From contig OZ176060.1 of assembly GCA_964247055.1 (NCBI GenBank), positions 992,001-1,056,000 of the forward strand: DNA of 64,000 nucleotides, in the 5' to 3' direction. The stretch is from Paragordius varius. Its lineage: Eukaryota > Animalia > Nematomorpha. Positions 1 to 15,234 of this stretch are shown here, piece after piece. The stretch's first letter is position 1. Every line of letters begins with the position of its first letter. The position numbers and the translations under genes were made by a program. The notes under the pieces are model-generated. The model was given only the letters and a program-made list of their open reading frames with translations, ran no database searches and was not told the origin of the DNA.

Positions 1-3000
1 AATTCCATCTTTAAGAAGAATTATCTAAAACAAAAAGATTTTCAAAAATTAAAATCATTTCTTATTGAAAAAATATTTTTTTTAAAAAATCCAATATTTT
101 TTTTATAACAGTTAATAAAAGGATTTTTTTAACTGGAAAATTACCAAATAATAGATATTTTATAAACTTTTAAAAATGAATTCCATTTTATAAATCTTAG
201 AAGAATTATTTATAAAACTCGAAAATAAAAACCATTTCTTGTTAAATTAATGATTTTTTATAATAAATTCCATCTTTTAAATTAAAGAAGAATTATCTAA
301 AATAAAATTCGAAAATAAAAAGGTTTTTTTGATTTATGAAAATTACCAGATATTAGCTGATATACTCATAACTTTTAATAATAAATCCATCTTTAAGAAG
401 AATTATTTATAAAACTCGAAAATAAAAAGGTTTTTTTACTGGAAAATTACCAAATAATAGATATTTTACAAAATTTCAAAAATAAATTCCATCTTTAAGA
501 AGAAATATTTATAAAACTCGAAAATAAAAAAATTTTTTAAATGCTCTCTTAAGTGGAAAATGACCAAATAATAGCTAATATGAAATTTCATATTCAAAAA
601 AATTATTCCATTTTTTAAATTTAAAAGAAGAATTATTTATAAAACTTAAAAATAAAAAATTTTTTTTTACTGGAAAATTACTAAATAATAGCTAATATGA
701 AATTTATTAAATTTTCTAAAAATAAAAATATTTATTCCATATTTTAAATTTAAAAGAAGAATTATTTAAAATAAAGAAATATTCTAGAAAATTAAATCAA
801 TTCTTGTTAAATTAATAAATTTTTTTTTTAAAAAATTATTTTTTGTTAAATGAAATAATTTTTTTTAAAAATAAATTTCTTTAAAAAAAATCAAAAATAG
901 ATAATCTTAAATTTTATAAACTTTCAAAAATATTTATTCCATCTTTAAGAAGAATTATTTATAAAACTCAAAAATAAAAAGTTTTTTTGATTGGAAAATT
1001 ACTAAATAATAGATATTTTACAAAATTTCAAAAATAAATTCCATCTTTAAGAAAAATTATTTATAAAACTCGAAAATAAAAAATTTTTTTTGATTGATGA
1101 AAATTATCAAATAATAGATATTTTACAAAATTCAAAAATAAATTCCATCTTTAAGAAGAATTATTTATAAAACTCGAAAATAAAAATGTTTTTTGTGACT
1201 AGAAAATTACCAAAAAGTAACTAATTTGAAATCTTAAAAATTTTCAAAAATATTTATTCCATCTTTTAAATCTAAGAAGAATTGTCTAAAACAATAAACT
1301 CTAGAAAACTAAATCATTTCTTGTTGAAAAAATAAATTTTTCTTTTAAAAATGCTTTTTTCAAAAATGTAATGATTAATAAAAAGTTTTTTTGATTGATG
1401 AAAATTACCAAATAATAGATATTTTAAGAAATTTCAAAAATATTTAAAAATTTAGAAGTAGCTATAATAAATATCTAGAAAATTATTTCATTTCTTGTTA
1501 AATTAATAATTTATATAAAAAAATTCATAAATAATCTTTATAAAACTCGAAAATATAAAAGTTTTTTTACTGGAAAATTACTAAATAATAGCTAATATGA
1601 AATTCCATAATTTTTAAAAATAATTATTCCATCTTTTAAATCTCAAAAGAAGAATTATCTAAAACAAACTCGAAAACTAAAAAAGTTTTTTAAACTAGAA
1701 AATTACCAAAAAATTTCTTTTAAAATAATTCAAAAACGAAATAGTCTCGAAAATTAAAATCAATTTGTTGAATTAATAAATTTTTCATTTAAAAATATTC
1801 CTTTTAAATCCAAAAAGAAGAATTATCTAAAACAAAGAGGTCTCGAAAACTAAAATCATTTCTTGTTAAATGAATAAATTTTTCTTAAAAAAATCCAAAA
1901 ATAATCCATATAATAGTTAATAAAAGGTTTTTTTTATTAATAAAAAAACTTTTTTTGACTGGCAAATTACCAAATAATAGATATTTTACAAAATTTCAAA
2001 AATAAATTCCATCTGTAAAAAGGATTATTTATAAAACTAGAAACTAAAATCAATTTTTGTTAAATTAATAAGTTATTTAAAAAAATGCTTTTAAATGCAA
2101 AACGCTTTAATTAATTAATAAAAAAGTTTTTTTTGACTGAAAATTATTACCAAATAATAGCTAATATGAAATCTTATAAAATTTCAAAAATATTTATTCC
2201 ATTTATTAAATTTAAGAAGAATTTATAAAACAAAGAAATACTCTAGAAAATTTAATCAATTCTTGTTAAATGAATAATAAATGAATATATTTTTCCTTTA
2301 AAACTGCTCTTTTAAATGAAAAAAATGCAATGATTAATAAAAAGGTGTTTTTGAATGGAAAATTACCAAATAATAGATTTTCAAAAATATTTAATCCATC
2401 TTTTAAATTTAAAAGAAAAATTATTTAAAACAAAAAAAAACTCGAAAACTAAAAAAGTTTTTTTAAAAATAATTTTTTCTTTTAAAAATGCTCTTTTAAA
2501 TGCAAAACGTTTTGATTGATTGGGAAAAAGTTTTTTTTACTTAAAAATTACCAAATAATAGATATTTTACAATATTTCAAAAATAAATTCCATCTTTAAG
2601 AAGAAATACTTATAAAACTCAATAATAAAAAGATTTTTTTATTGGAATATTACCAAATAATAGATATTTTACAAAATTTCAATAATAAATTCCATCTTTA
2701 AGAAGAATTATTTATAAAACTCGAAAATAAAAAAGTATTGAAATGGAAAATTACTAATAATAATTAATATAATATTTTACAAAATTTCAAAAATAATTTC
2801 CATCTTTTAAATTTAAAAGTATCTATAATAAAAACTCTAGAAAATTAAATTCAATTCTTGTATAATTAATGATTTTTTAAAAATATTCCATCTTTTAAAT
2901 CTAAGAAAAATTATCTAAAACTCAAAAATAAAAATTATTTCTTGTTAAATTCTTGTTAAATGAATAAATTTTTCTTTAAAAAAATGCTCTTTTAAATGCA

Positions 3001-3410
3001 AAACGTTTTTGATTTTTATATTAAAAGTTTTTTTGACTGGAAAATTACCAAATAATAGCTAATATTAAATCTTACAAATTTTCAAAAATATTTATTCCAT
3101 CTTTAAGAAGAATTATTTATAAAACAAAGAGGTCTAATAAATTTTTCTTTTAAAAATGCTTTTTAAATAAAAAACGTTTTAATTTTTGAATAAAAAGGTT
3201 TTTTGATTGATGAAAATTTCTAAATAATAGAAAATTACTAAATAATCTCATAACTTTTAATAATAAATTCCATCTTTAAGAAGAATTATTTATAAAACTC
3301 AAAAATAAAAAAGTTTTTTTTAACTGGAAAATTACCAAATATATTAATTTCATAATTTTTAAAAATATAAATTCCATTTTTTAAATTTAAAAGAAGAATT
3401 ATCTAAAACA
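1..3410. repeat. Satellite A block 1 (continues past the window start)
   Basis: Recurrent unit AATTCCATCTTTAAGAAGAATTATTTATAAAACTCGAAAATAAAAA..TTTTGACTGGAAAATTACCAAATAATAGATATTTTACAAAATTTCAAAAATA (~105 bp, e.g. 2588-2800). Longer variants add TCATTTCTTGTTAAAT and ATGCTCTTTTAAATGCAAAACG modules. Confidence 0.93.
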
Positions 3411-6400
3411 AAGAGATTATTAGATCTAAAATATTCCTGTGGTTTTCATATGAAAAACTCGAAAAAAAGAAATAAAAAAGCAATTTAATTAAAATTGATA
3501 AATAATGTTATTATTCTTTAAATAAAACACTTTTTTTCTTTGTAAATTCTCTTTTACTTAAAAGCTTAACAATATTACAGCGAGTATATTCTACATTACT
3601 CAAGTATTTTAAAAGCAAAGACTTTTATTCTAATAAAAATTCAAACGAAAAACTCGAAAAAATTGAGTAAAAGGAAATAATCTAATTGAAATTGATATTA
3701 AAAATAATATTATTCTTTAAAACAAAACACTTTTTTTCTTAATAAATCCCTTTTACTTAAAAGCTTATTAATATTACAGCGAGTATATACTACATTAATC
3801 AAGTATTTTAAAATCAAGGTTTTTTGAATATAAAAACTGTGGATTTTCTTTAAAATTCGAAAATTCAAAAAAATAAAAAAACATGTAAAAGGAAACAAAC
3901 TAGAAAATGAAATTGATAATAATAATTTATCTAAAATAAAGATTTGTTCTTTATAAATTTCTTTTACTTAAAAGCTTCTTACTATTACAGCGAGTATATA
4001 CTTAATTACTCAAGTATTTTAAAAACAAAGACTTTTATTCTAATAGAAATTCAAATAAAAAACTCAAAAAAAATAAGTAAAAGCAAATAATTTAGAAATT
4101 GAAATTTATAAAAATAATATTTGTTCTCTAAAACAAAACACTTTTTTTCTTGATAAATCGCTTTTTGCCTCTAAAAGCTTATTAATATTACAGCGAGTAT
4201 ATACTACATTACTCAAATTTTTTTTAAAAAAAGATAGGTTTTTTTTATAATTCTATAAAAATAAAAATTTCAAGTTAAAAACTCCAAAAAAATGAGTAAA
4301 AGGAAATAATCTAGAGATTTAAATTTAAATAATAAAATTATTGTTTAGAACAAAACACTTTTTTCTTAATAAATATCTTTTAGTAAAAGCTTCTTAATAT
4401 TACAGCGAGTATAAACTTAATTACTCAAGTATTTTAAAAGCAAAGACTTTTATTCTAATAGAAATTCAAAAAGAATCGAAAAAAATAAGTAAAAGGAAAC
4501 AATCTAGAAATTGATAATAAATATAATATTATTCTTTAGAATAAACACTTTTTTCTGATAAATCCCTTTTACTTAAAAGCTTATCAATATTACAGCGAGT
4601 ATATACTTAATTACTCAAGTATTTTAAAAACAAAGACTTTTATTCCAATAAAAATTTCAAAAAAACTCGAAAAAAATAAGTAAAAGGAAATAATCTAATT
4701 GAAATTGATAATAAAATTAATATTTTTCTTTAAATTAAGACTTTTTTGTGGATAATATTCTGTAGATAGAAATTTCAAATTAAAAAAATCGAAAAAAATA
4801 AGTAAAAGGAAATAATCTAGAAATTGAAATTGATATAAATAAAATATTATTCTCTAAAATAAAGTTTTTTTATAAATTTCTTGTTTAGTTAAAAGCTTCT
4901 TAATATTACAGCGAGTATATACTACATTACTCAAGTATTTTAAAAACGAGGTTTTTTAATCTAAAATATTGACTTTTTTTGCTTGAGTTAGAACCATAAA
5001 TAAAATTTTCAAATGAAAAACTTGAAAATAAGTAAAAGGAAATAATTTAGAAGAAATTGTTAATTATAAAATAATATGATTATTCCTTAAAATTAAGACT
5101 TTTTTCTTAAAAATCTCTTTTACTTAAAAGCTTAACAATATAAAAGCGAGTATATACTACATTACTCGAGATTTTAAAAACAAAGACTTTTATTCTAATA
5201 GAATTTCAAATAAAAACTCGAAAAAATTGAGTAAAAGGAAACAATCTAGAATTTGAAATTGATAATAATATTATTCTTTAAAATAAATACTTTTCTTTAT
5301 AAATTTTCTTTAACTTAAAAGCTTCTTAATATTACAGCGAGTATATACTACATTATTCAAGTATTTTAAAACAAGTTTTTTGAATTTTAATTATTCCTAT
5401 GGCTTCCTTGTTTGAGTGAGGGTGAAAAAAAGAAATTTTAAATAAAAACTCTTAAAAAAATAAGTAAAAGGAAATAACCTAGAAATTAAATATGTAAATT
5501 TTAATAATAATAATTTAATCTCTACAAACTAAAAAATTATTTTTTTTGCCTCTAAAAGCTTATCAATATCACAGCGAGTATATACTACATTACTCAAGTT
5601 TTTTTTTAAAAAAAAGGAAAAGGTTTTTTAATTTAAAATATTCCTGTGGATTTCGTTTAAAATTTAAATGAAAAAACTCGAAAATAAAAAAAAATAAAAG
5701 GAAATAATCTAGAACGTAAAATTTATAATAATAATATTAATGTCTGAAATAAAAACTATTTCTTGATAAATCTTATTTTGCCTCTAAAAGCTTTTTAATA
5801 TTACAGCGAGTATATACTTAATTACTCAAATATTTTAAGAAAAAGAAAGAAAAAAAACTTTTATTATAATAGAAATTCAAAATAAAAACTCGAAAATAAA
5901 AAAAATAATATTATTCTCTAGAACAATACACTTTTTTCTTAATACTCTTTTACTTAAAAGCTTAACAATATTACAGCGAGTATATACTACATTACTCAAG
6001 TATTTTAAAAACATTGTTTTTTGAATATAAATTATTTCTGTGGCTTTCTTGTTCGAGTGAGGACAAAAAATATAAATTTCAAGTAAAAACTCGAAAAAAA
6101 TAAGTAAAAGGAAACAATATAGAAATTGAAATTGATAATAATAATAATAATATTAATGTCTGAAATATACATTTTTCTTGATAAATCCCTTTTACTAAAA
6201 GCTTCTTAATATTACAGCGAGTATAAACTTAATTACTCAAGTATTTTAAAAGCAAGGTTTTGAATCTAAAATATTCATTTAGCCTCCTTGTTCGAGTTAA
6301 AGCGAGAAATAAAAATTTCAAGTAAAAAACTCGAAAAAAACAAGTAAAAGGAAATAATATAGAAATTGAAATTGATAATAAATATAATATTTTTCTTTAA

Positions 6401-7865
6401 AAAAAAACACTTTTTTTATAAATCTTTTTTTTTCCTCTAAAAGTTTATCAATATTAAAAAGTCGATAATAAAAAAATAAGTAAAAGGAAACAATTTAGAT
6501 AATATTTTTATTATTCTTTAAATAAAGTTTTTTATTTTGGATAATTCTGTATTTTTAAGGCTTTCAAACTAAAAAAATAGTAATTTTAAGTATAAACTCG
6601 AAAAGTAAAAGGAAATAATTTAGAAATTAAAATTTATAATAATAATAATAATATTATTATTCTCTAAAATAAACATTTTTTTCTTAATTAATTTTTTTTA
6701 AGGCTTTCAATATAACAGCGAGTATATACTTAATTACTCAAGATTTTAAAAACAAACTTTTATTCTAATAGAAATTCAAAAAAAAATCAAAAAATTGAGT
6801 AAAAGGAAATAATCTAGAAATTGTTGTTGATAATAATAATATTATTATTTAAAACAAAACACTATTTTCTTAATAAATCTCTTTTACTTAAAAGCTTCTT
6901 AATATTACAGCGAGTATATACTACATTACTCAAGTATTTTAAGACAAAAATTCGAAAATAAAATAGTAAAAAGAAAGAATCTAATTAAGATTGATAATAA
7001 TAATAATAATAATAATAATAAAATCTATATTACAGCGAGTATATACTACATTACTCAAGTATTTACAAAGACTTTTATTCTAATAGAAATTAAAATATAA
7101 ACTTGAAAAAAATAAGTAAAAGGAAACAATCTAATTAAAATTGATAATAAATATAATATTATTCTCTAAAACAATACACTTTTTTTTATGAATTTTTTTT
7201 TACTTAAAAGCTTCTTAATATTACAGCGAGTATATACTTAATTACTCAAGTATTTAAAAGCAAGACTTTTATTCTAATAGTCAAAAAAAATCGAAAAAAT
7301 AAAGTAAAAGGAAATTATCTAAAAAATTGAAATTGTCAATTATAATAATAATAATATTATTCTCTAAAATAAACACTTTTTTTCTTGATAAATTGCTTTT
7401 TCTCAAAAGCTTCTAAATATTACAGCGAGTATATACTTAATACTTATGTTTTTTTAAACAAACTTTTATTCTAATAGAAATTCAAATTAAAAACTCGAAA
7501 AAAAAGTAAGTAAAAGGAAAAAATCTATAAATTGATAATAAAAATATTATTCTCTAAAACAAAACACTTTTTTTCTTAATAAATCTCTTTAGATAGAAAT
7601 TTCAAAAAAATAAAAAAATAAAAAAAGGAAATAATCTAGAAATTGAAATTGATAATAAAAATAATATTATTATCGAAAATAAACACATTTTTTCTTGATA
7701 AATCTCTTTTACTTAAAAGCTTAACAATATTAAAGCGAGTATATACTACATTACTAAATATTTTAAAAACAAAGACTTTTATTCTAATATAAATTCAAAT
7801 AAAAACTCGAAAAAAAATAAGTAAAAGGAATAAATCTGGAAATTGAAAATTTTTATAATAATATA

Positions 7866-8846
7866 CGGTAAAAATTTAAATTCTACGGAAAAAACGTAAA
7901 AATATAAAAACAAATATTTTTGTCTAAAAGACAACCATACTTTTAAAATTTATATTTTTTTATATATATACCATTTACAGTTCAAATTCACCCTTGAACA
8001 ATTCAAATTCACCCTTAAACAATTAAAAATTACCCTAAAAAGAAATTATATTATTTAAAAACTAATATAACTTATTAATTTTATTTGAAATATATCTTTA
8101 TGGCATAGTTTATTATTTTTATTTAATACAAAATTTTTATTTATAAAAATATATATTAAAATATAGGTAATTTTTTATCTTTTGAAAAAACATATATTTT
8201 ATTTGAGGGTAAATTTGATTTGTTCAAGGGTGAATTTGAATTTTAATGGTATTTAAATCAAGTATATAGAAATTTTTATTTATAAAAATATATTAAAATA
8301 TAGGTAATTTTTTATCTTAAAAAACATATATTTTATTTAAGGATAAATTTGAATTGTTCAAGGGTGAATTTGAATTGTAATGGTATATAAATCAAATATA
8401 TAGAAATTTTTATTTTTAAAAATATATTAAAATATAGAATTTTTTATCTTAAAAAACATATATTTTATTTGAGGGTGAATTTGAATTGTTCAAGGGTGAA
8501 TTTGAATTTAAATGGTATATAAAATTTTTATTTAACACAAAATTTTTATTTTCTAAAATATATTAAAATATAGGTAATTTTTTATCTTAAAAAACATATA
8601 TTTTGTGAATTTGAATTGTTCAAGGGTGAATTTGAATTGTTTAAGGGTGAATTTGAATTTTCATATATATAACTCATTTTTTAAACTCTAAAGTATTATA
8701 TAGAAATTTTTATTGTTAAATCAATCAAATATGATTTTTACATTGTAATTAAATGTATTTTATAAAAGAAATAAAAAAGTATGGTTGTTTTTTGAAAAAA
8801 ATATTTTTATAAAAATTTTGTCCGTATAATTTCACAGTTTTCACTG
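7866..8846 (+). mobile_element. Element C copy 1 (non-autonomous foldback/MITE-like, TA-flanked)
   Basis: TA|CGGTAAAAA...GACAACCATACTTT...AAAGTATGGTTG...TTTTCACTG|TA; internal 21-bp AAGGGTGAATTTGAATTGTTC repeats in inverted arrangement. Confidence 0.8.
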
Positions 8847-11800
8847 TATTTGTTTTCTAAAACAAAACACTTTTTTTCTTGATAAATCTGTCTAGATAGA
8901 AATTTCAAATTATAAAACTCAAAAAAATAAGTAAAAGGAAACATCTAATTAAAATTTATAATAATCTAATTGAAATTTTTAAAAATATATTTTCTATAAT
9001 AAACACTTTTTTTCTTGATAATTCTGTTTAGCTGTAAAAGCTTCACAGCGAGTATGTACTTAATTACTCAAGTATTTTAAGACAAAAACTCGAAAAAAAT
9101 AAGTAAAAGGAAACAATCTAATTAAAATTGAAATAATAAAATTATTCTTTAAAACAACACACTTTTTTTTATAAATCTCTCTTTTACTTAAAAGCTTCTT
9201 AATATTACAGCGAGTATATACTTAATTACTTAAGTATTTTAAAAGGAAAAGATTTTTTCAACTTTAAATATTCATTTAGTTTCTTAATAGACTGAGGGCG
9301 AAAATTTTAAAATTTTAAATGAAAAACTCGAAAAAAATAAGTAAAAGGAAACAATCTAGAAATTGATATTCATAATAATAATAATATTATTCTCTAAAAT
9401 AAACACTTTTTTTCTTAAAAAATCTCTTTTACTTAAAAGTTTATCAATATTAAAGCGAGTATATACTTAATTACTCAAGATTTTAAAAGCAAACTTTTAT
9501 TCTAAAATATTCATATGGCTACCTTATTTGAGTGAGAACGAGAAATGTAAATTTCAAGTAAAAACTCGAAAATAAAAAAAAACATAAGGAAATAATCTAG
9601 AAATTAAAATTGATCATATTAATAATATTATTATTCGCTAAATAAACACTTTTTTCTTGATAAATCTCTTTTACTTAAAAGCTTCTTAATATTACAGCGA
9701 GTATATACTACATTACTCAAGTATTTTAAGACATAATTCGAAAAAAAGTATAAAAAGAAAGAATCTAATTAAAATTGATAATAATAATTATAATAATAAA
9801 ATCTATGTTTCAATAAGCATAAACACTTTTTTTTAATAAATCCCTTTTAGTAAAAGCTTAACATATTAAAGCGAGTATATACTACATTAATCAAGTATTT
9901 TTAAAGAAAAATTAATAAGGTTTTTTAAAATATTCATCTGGCTTATAATAAAATTTTAAAATCTCGAAACTTAATAAAAATAAAAGCAAATAATCTAGAA
10001 ATTTAATATGTAAATAATAATAATTTATTCTCTAAAACAAAACACTTTTTTCTTAAAAAACATTTTACTTAAAAGCTTCTTAATATTACAGCGAGTATAT
10101 ACTACATTACTCAAGTATTTTAAAAAAATAAGTAAAAGGAAACAATTTAGAAATTGAAATTGATAATAAATATAATATTATTCTTTAAAATAAAGACTTT
10201 TTTCTGGATAAATCTTTTTTTAGTTCTAAAAGCTTATTAATATTAAAGCGAGTATGTACTACATTACTCAAGTATTTTAAAAGCAAGGTTTTTTGAATTT
10301 AAAATATTCCTGTGGGTTTTCTTTGAAATTGAAATTTCAAGTAAAAACTCGAAAAAAATAAGTAAAAGGAAATAATTTAGAAATTAAAATTGATAATAAT
10401 AATAAAAATATTATTATTTCTAAAACAAAACACTTTTTTCTTGAAATATTTCTTTAGATAGAAATTTCAAATTATAAAACTCGAAAAAATTGAGTAAAAG
10501 GAAATAATCTAATTAAAATTTATAATAATCTATTGAAATTGTTAATAAATACTTTTTTCTTGATAAATCGCTTTTTCTCAAAAGCTTATCAATTTTACAG
10601 CGAGTATATACTTAATTAATCAAGTATTTTAAAAGCAAACTTTTATTCTAATAGAAATTCAAATAAAAAACTCGAAAACAAAAAGAAACAATCTAATTGA
10701 AATTGTTGATAAAAATAATATTATTCTCTATAATAAACACTTTTTTTCTTGATAAATCACTTTTTTTGCTCTAAAAGCGCATATATATTAATCGAGTATA
10801 TACTACATTACTCAAATATTTTAAAAGAGAAAAAGAAATATGTTTTTTAATCCTAAATATTCATCTGACTTTCTTTGCTTGATTTAAAGCGAGAAATAAA
10901 AATTTTAGATAAAAACTCGAAAAAAATAAGTAAAAGGTAACAATCTAGAAATTGAAATTTATAAAAATAATTTTATTATTCTCTAAAACAAGACACTCTT
11001 TTTTTATAAATTTTTTCTACTTAAAAGCTTCTTAATATTAAAACGAGTATTTACTACATTACTCAAGTATTTTAAAAACAAAGACTTTTTTCTAAATCTG
11101 GCTACCTTGCTCGAGTTAAAGCGAGAAATAAAAGTTTTAAATGAAAAACTCCAAAATAAAAAATAAGTAAAAGGAAATAATCTAGAAATTGAAATTGTTA
11201 ATTATAATAATAAAATCAATATTACAGCGAGTATATACTTAATTACTCAAGTAATTTATAAGCAAGGTTTTTTGTATAAATATTACTGTGGCTTTTTTCA
11301 GTGAGAACAAGAAATCAAAATTTCAAGTAAAAACTCGAAAAAAATAAGTAAAAGGAAACAATCTAATTAAAATTGATAATATTATTATTATTCACTAAAA
11401 TAAACACTTTTTTTCTAGATAAATCTTTTTTTGCCTCTAAAAGCTTCTTAATATTACAGCGAGTATATACTACATTACTCAAGTATTTTAATACAGAAAC
11501 TCGAAAAAATAAGTAAAATATATAATCTTAAAATTGAAATTGTTAATAATATTATTTATTCTCTAAAATCAAACACTTTTTTTGTTAAAAAATCTCTTTT
11601 ACTTAAAAGCTTAACAATATTAAAGCGAGTATATACTACATAACTCAAGTATTTTAAAAACAAAGACTTTTATTCTAATAGAATTTTAAATTATAATTCT
11701 TTTAAAAATTGAGTAAAAAAAAAATAATTAGAAAATGAAATTGTTAATAATAATAATAATATTATTTTCTAAAATAAAAACTTTTTTCTTGATAATTTTG

Positions 11801-14710
11801 TTAAACTGTAAAAGCTTATTAATATTACAGCGAGTATATACTACATTACTCAAGTATTTTAAGAGAAAAATTCGAAAAAAAAGGAAATAATCTAGAAAAT
11901 AAAATTGTTAATTATAATAATAATAATAATAATATTCTTTAAAATCTATGTTTCAGTGAGTATATTAATTAATCAAGTATTTTAAAAAAGGTTTTTTTTC
12001 AATTCTAAAATATTCCTGTGGGTTTCCTTTGAAATTAAAATTTCAAATAAAAACTCGAAAAAAATAAGTAAAAGGAAATAATCTGGAAATTATAATTGAA
12101 ATTAATAATAAAAATAATATTATTCTCTAAAACAAAACAATTTTTTCTTTATAAATTCTCTTTTAGTAAAAGCTTCTTAATATTATAGCGAGTATATACT
12201 TAATTACTCAATTATTTTAAAAGAAAGGTTTTATAAAATATTACTGTGGATTCCCTTTGAAATTTCAAATATAAATTCAAAAAAAGTAAAATGCAATAAT
12301 CTAGAAATTGAAATTGTTAATAAAAATATTATTCTCTAAAATAAAGACTTTTTTCTGGATAAATCTCTTTTACTTAAAAGCTTCTTAATATTACAGCGAG
12401 TATATACTACATTACTCAAGTATTTAAAGAGAAAGGAAAATTAAAACTAGAATATTACTGTGGATTTCCTTTGAAATTCCAAAAGAAATAATTTATAAAA
12501 TCGATTAAATAAAAAAAGGAAATAATCTAGACTTTAATATGTAAATTATAATAAAAATAATATTATTCTCTAAAGCTACGTATTTTTCTGGATAAATCTC
12601 TTTAGATAGAAATTTCAAATTATAAAACTCGAAAAAATTTAGTAAAAGGAAACAATTTAGAAATTGAAATTGTTAATAATAATATTATTCTCTAAAACAA
12701 AACACTTTTTTCTTGATAAATCTCGCTTTTACTTAAAAGCTTCTTGATATTACAGCGAGTATATACTACATTACTCGAGATTTTAATACAGAAACTCGAA
12801 AAAAATTAGTAAAAGGAATCAATCTAATTAAAATTTATAATAATCTAATTGAAATTGTTAATAAACACTTTTTTTTTTGATAAATTTTCTTTTACTTAAA
12901 AGCTTATCAATATTACAGCGAGTATATACTTAATTACTCAAGTATTTTAAGACAAAAATTCGAAAAAAAAATAGTAAAAGGAAAGAATCCAATTAAAATT
13001 GATAATAATAATAATAATAATAAAATCAAAATTACAGCGAGTATATACTTAATTAATCAAGTTTTTTTAAATAAAAGATAGTTTTTTGAATTTCAATATT
13101 CCTGTGGCTTACTTTATTCGAGTGAGAACGAGAATTAAAAATTTTAAATGAAAATTCGAAAAAAATAAGTAAAAGGAAACAATCTAGAAATTAAAATTGT
13201 TAAATATAAAAATAATATTATTATTTTTTAAAACAAAACACTTTTTTTCTTAATAAATCTCTTTTACTTAAAAGCTTCTTAATATTACAGCGAGTATATA
13301 CTACATTAGTCAAGTATTTTAAGGTAAAATCTCGAAAAAAATAAGTAAAAGGAAATAATCTAGAAATTGAAATTGTTAATTATAGAAATAATATTATTCT
13401 CTAAAACAAAACACTTTTTTTCTGGATAAATCTGTATTTTAATAGCTTTTCAACAGCGAGTATATACTACATTACTAAGTTTTTTTAAAAACGAGGTTTT
13501 TTAATTAAAATATTCTTGTGGATTTCCTTTAAAATTCCAAATAAAAATTTCAAATTATAATTCTAGAAAAAAAGAAGTAAAAGGAAATAATCTATTGAAA
13601 TTGATAATAAATATAATATTTTTTCTAAAATAAAGATTTTTCTTAATAAATCTCTATAGGATAGAAATTTCAATTCAAAAACTCGAAAAAAATATGTAAA
13701 AGGAAATAATCTAATTAAAATTTATAATAATATTATTCTCTAAAAAAAACTTGATAAATCGCTTTTACTTAAAAACTTTTTTATATTAAAGCGAGTATAT
13801 ACTACATTACTCAAGTATTTTAAGAGAGAAACTCGAAAAAATAAAAATAAGTAAAAGGAAACAATCTAGAAATTGAAATTTATAATAATAATAATTATAA
13901 TATGATTTTCTAAAACTAAACACTTTTTTTTAATAAATCCCTTTTACTTAAAAGCTTATTAATATTACAGCGAGTATATACTACATTACTCAAGTATTTT
14001 AAAAGCAAGTTTTTTAAATCTAATATATTACTTTGGATTTCCTTTAAAATTCGAAAATTCAAAAAAATAAAAAAATAAGTAAAAGGAATAATCTAGAAAT
14101 TAAAATTGATAATAATATAAATATTCTCTAAAACTAAACACATTTTTCTTTCTTGATAAATCTCTTTTACTTAAAAGGTTCTTAATATTACAGCGAGTAT
14201 ATACTACATTACTAAAATATTTTAAGAATAATGAATAAGGTTTTTTTAATCTAATACATTACTGTGGATTTTCTTTGAAATTTAAAAAAATACTCGAAAA
14301 AAAGAAGTAAAAGGAAATAATCTAGAAAATAAAATTGTTAATTATAATAATAATAATCTTTAAAACAAAACACTTTTTTTTCTTAATAAATCTCTTTAGT
14401 TAAAAATTTCAAATAAAATAAAAAAATAAAAAAAGGAAACAATCTAGAAATTGAAATTGATAATAAAAATAATATTATTCTTTAAAATAAAGACTTTTTT
14501 TCTTAATAAATCTCTTTTACTGTAAAAGCTTCTTAATATTACAGCGAGTATATACTTAATTAATCAAGTATTTTAAAGGCAAGTTTTCCTCAATTATTTC
14601 TGTGGCTTACTTGCTCGAGTGAGAACGAGAAATAATAATTTCAAGTAAAAACTCGAAAAAAATAAGTAAAAGGCAATAATCTAAAAATTGAAATTGTTGA
14701 TAATTCTATA

Positions 14711-15234
14711 CAGTGAAAATTTAAACTCTAAAGAAAAAACGTAAAAATATAAAGACAAATATTTTTATCTAAAAGACAACCATACTTTTAAAATTTATAT
14801 TTTTATATATATATACCATTTACAGTTATTCACCCTTGAATAATTCAAATTTACCCTTGAACAAATTAAAAATTCACCCTAAAAAGAAATTATGTGTTTT
14901 TATGGTATATAAATCAAGTATATAGAAATTTATATTTATAAAAATATATATTAAAATATAGGTAATTTTTTATCTTAAAAAACATATTTTATATATTTGA
15001 GGGTGAATTTGAATTGTTCAAGGGTGAATTTGAATTCTAATGGTATATAAAAATTTTTCAGTTACATTTTTATTTATAAAAATATAGAAATTTTTATTGT
15101 TAACTCAATCAAATATGATTTTTACCTTTGTAATTAAATGTTTTTAATATAAGAAATAAAAAAAGTATGGTTATTTTTTGAAAAAAAAAATATATTTTTA
15201 ACATTTTGTCCATATAAATTCACAGTTTTCACTG
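14711..15234 (+). mobile_element. Element C copy 2 (shortest, best-matched ends)
   Basis: TA|CAGTGAAAA ... TTTTCACTG|TA; one right-arm subunit. Confidence 0.85.
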
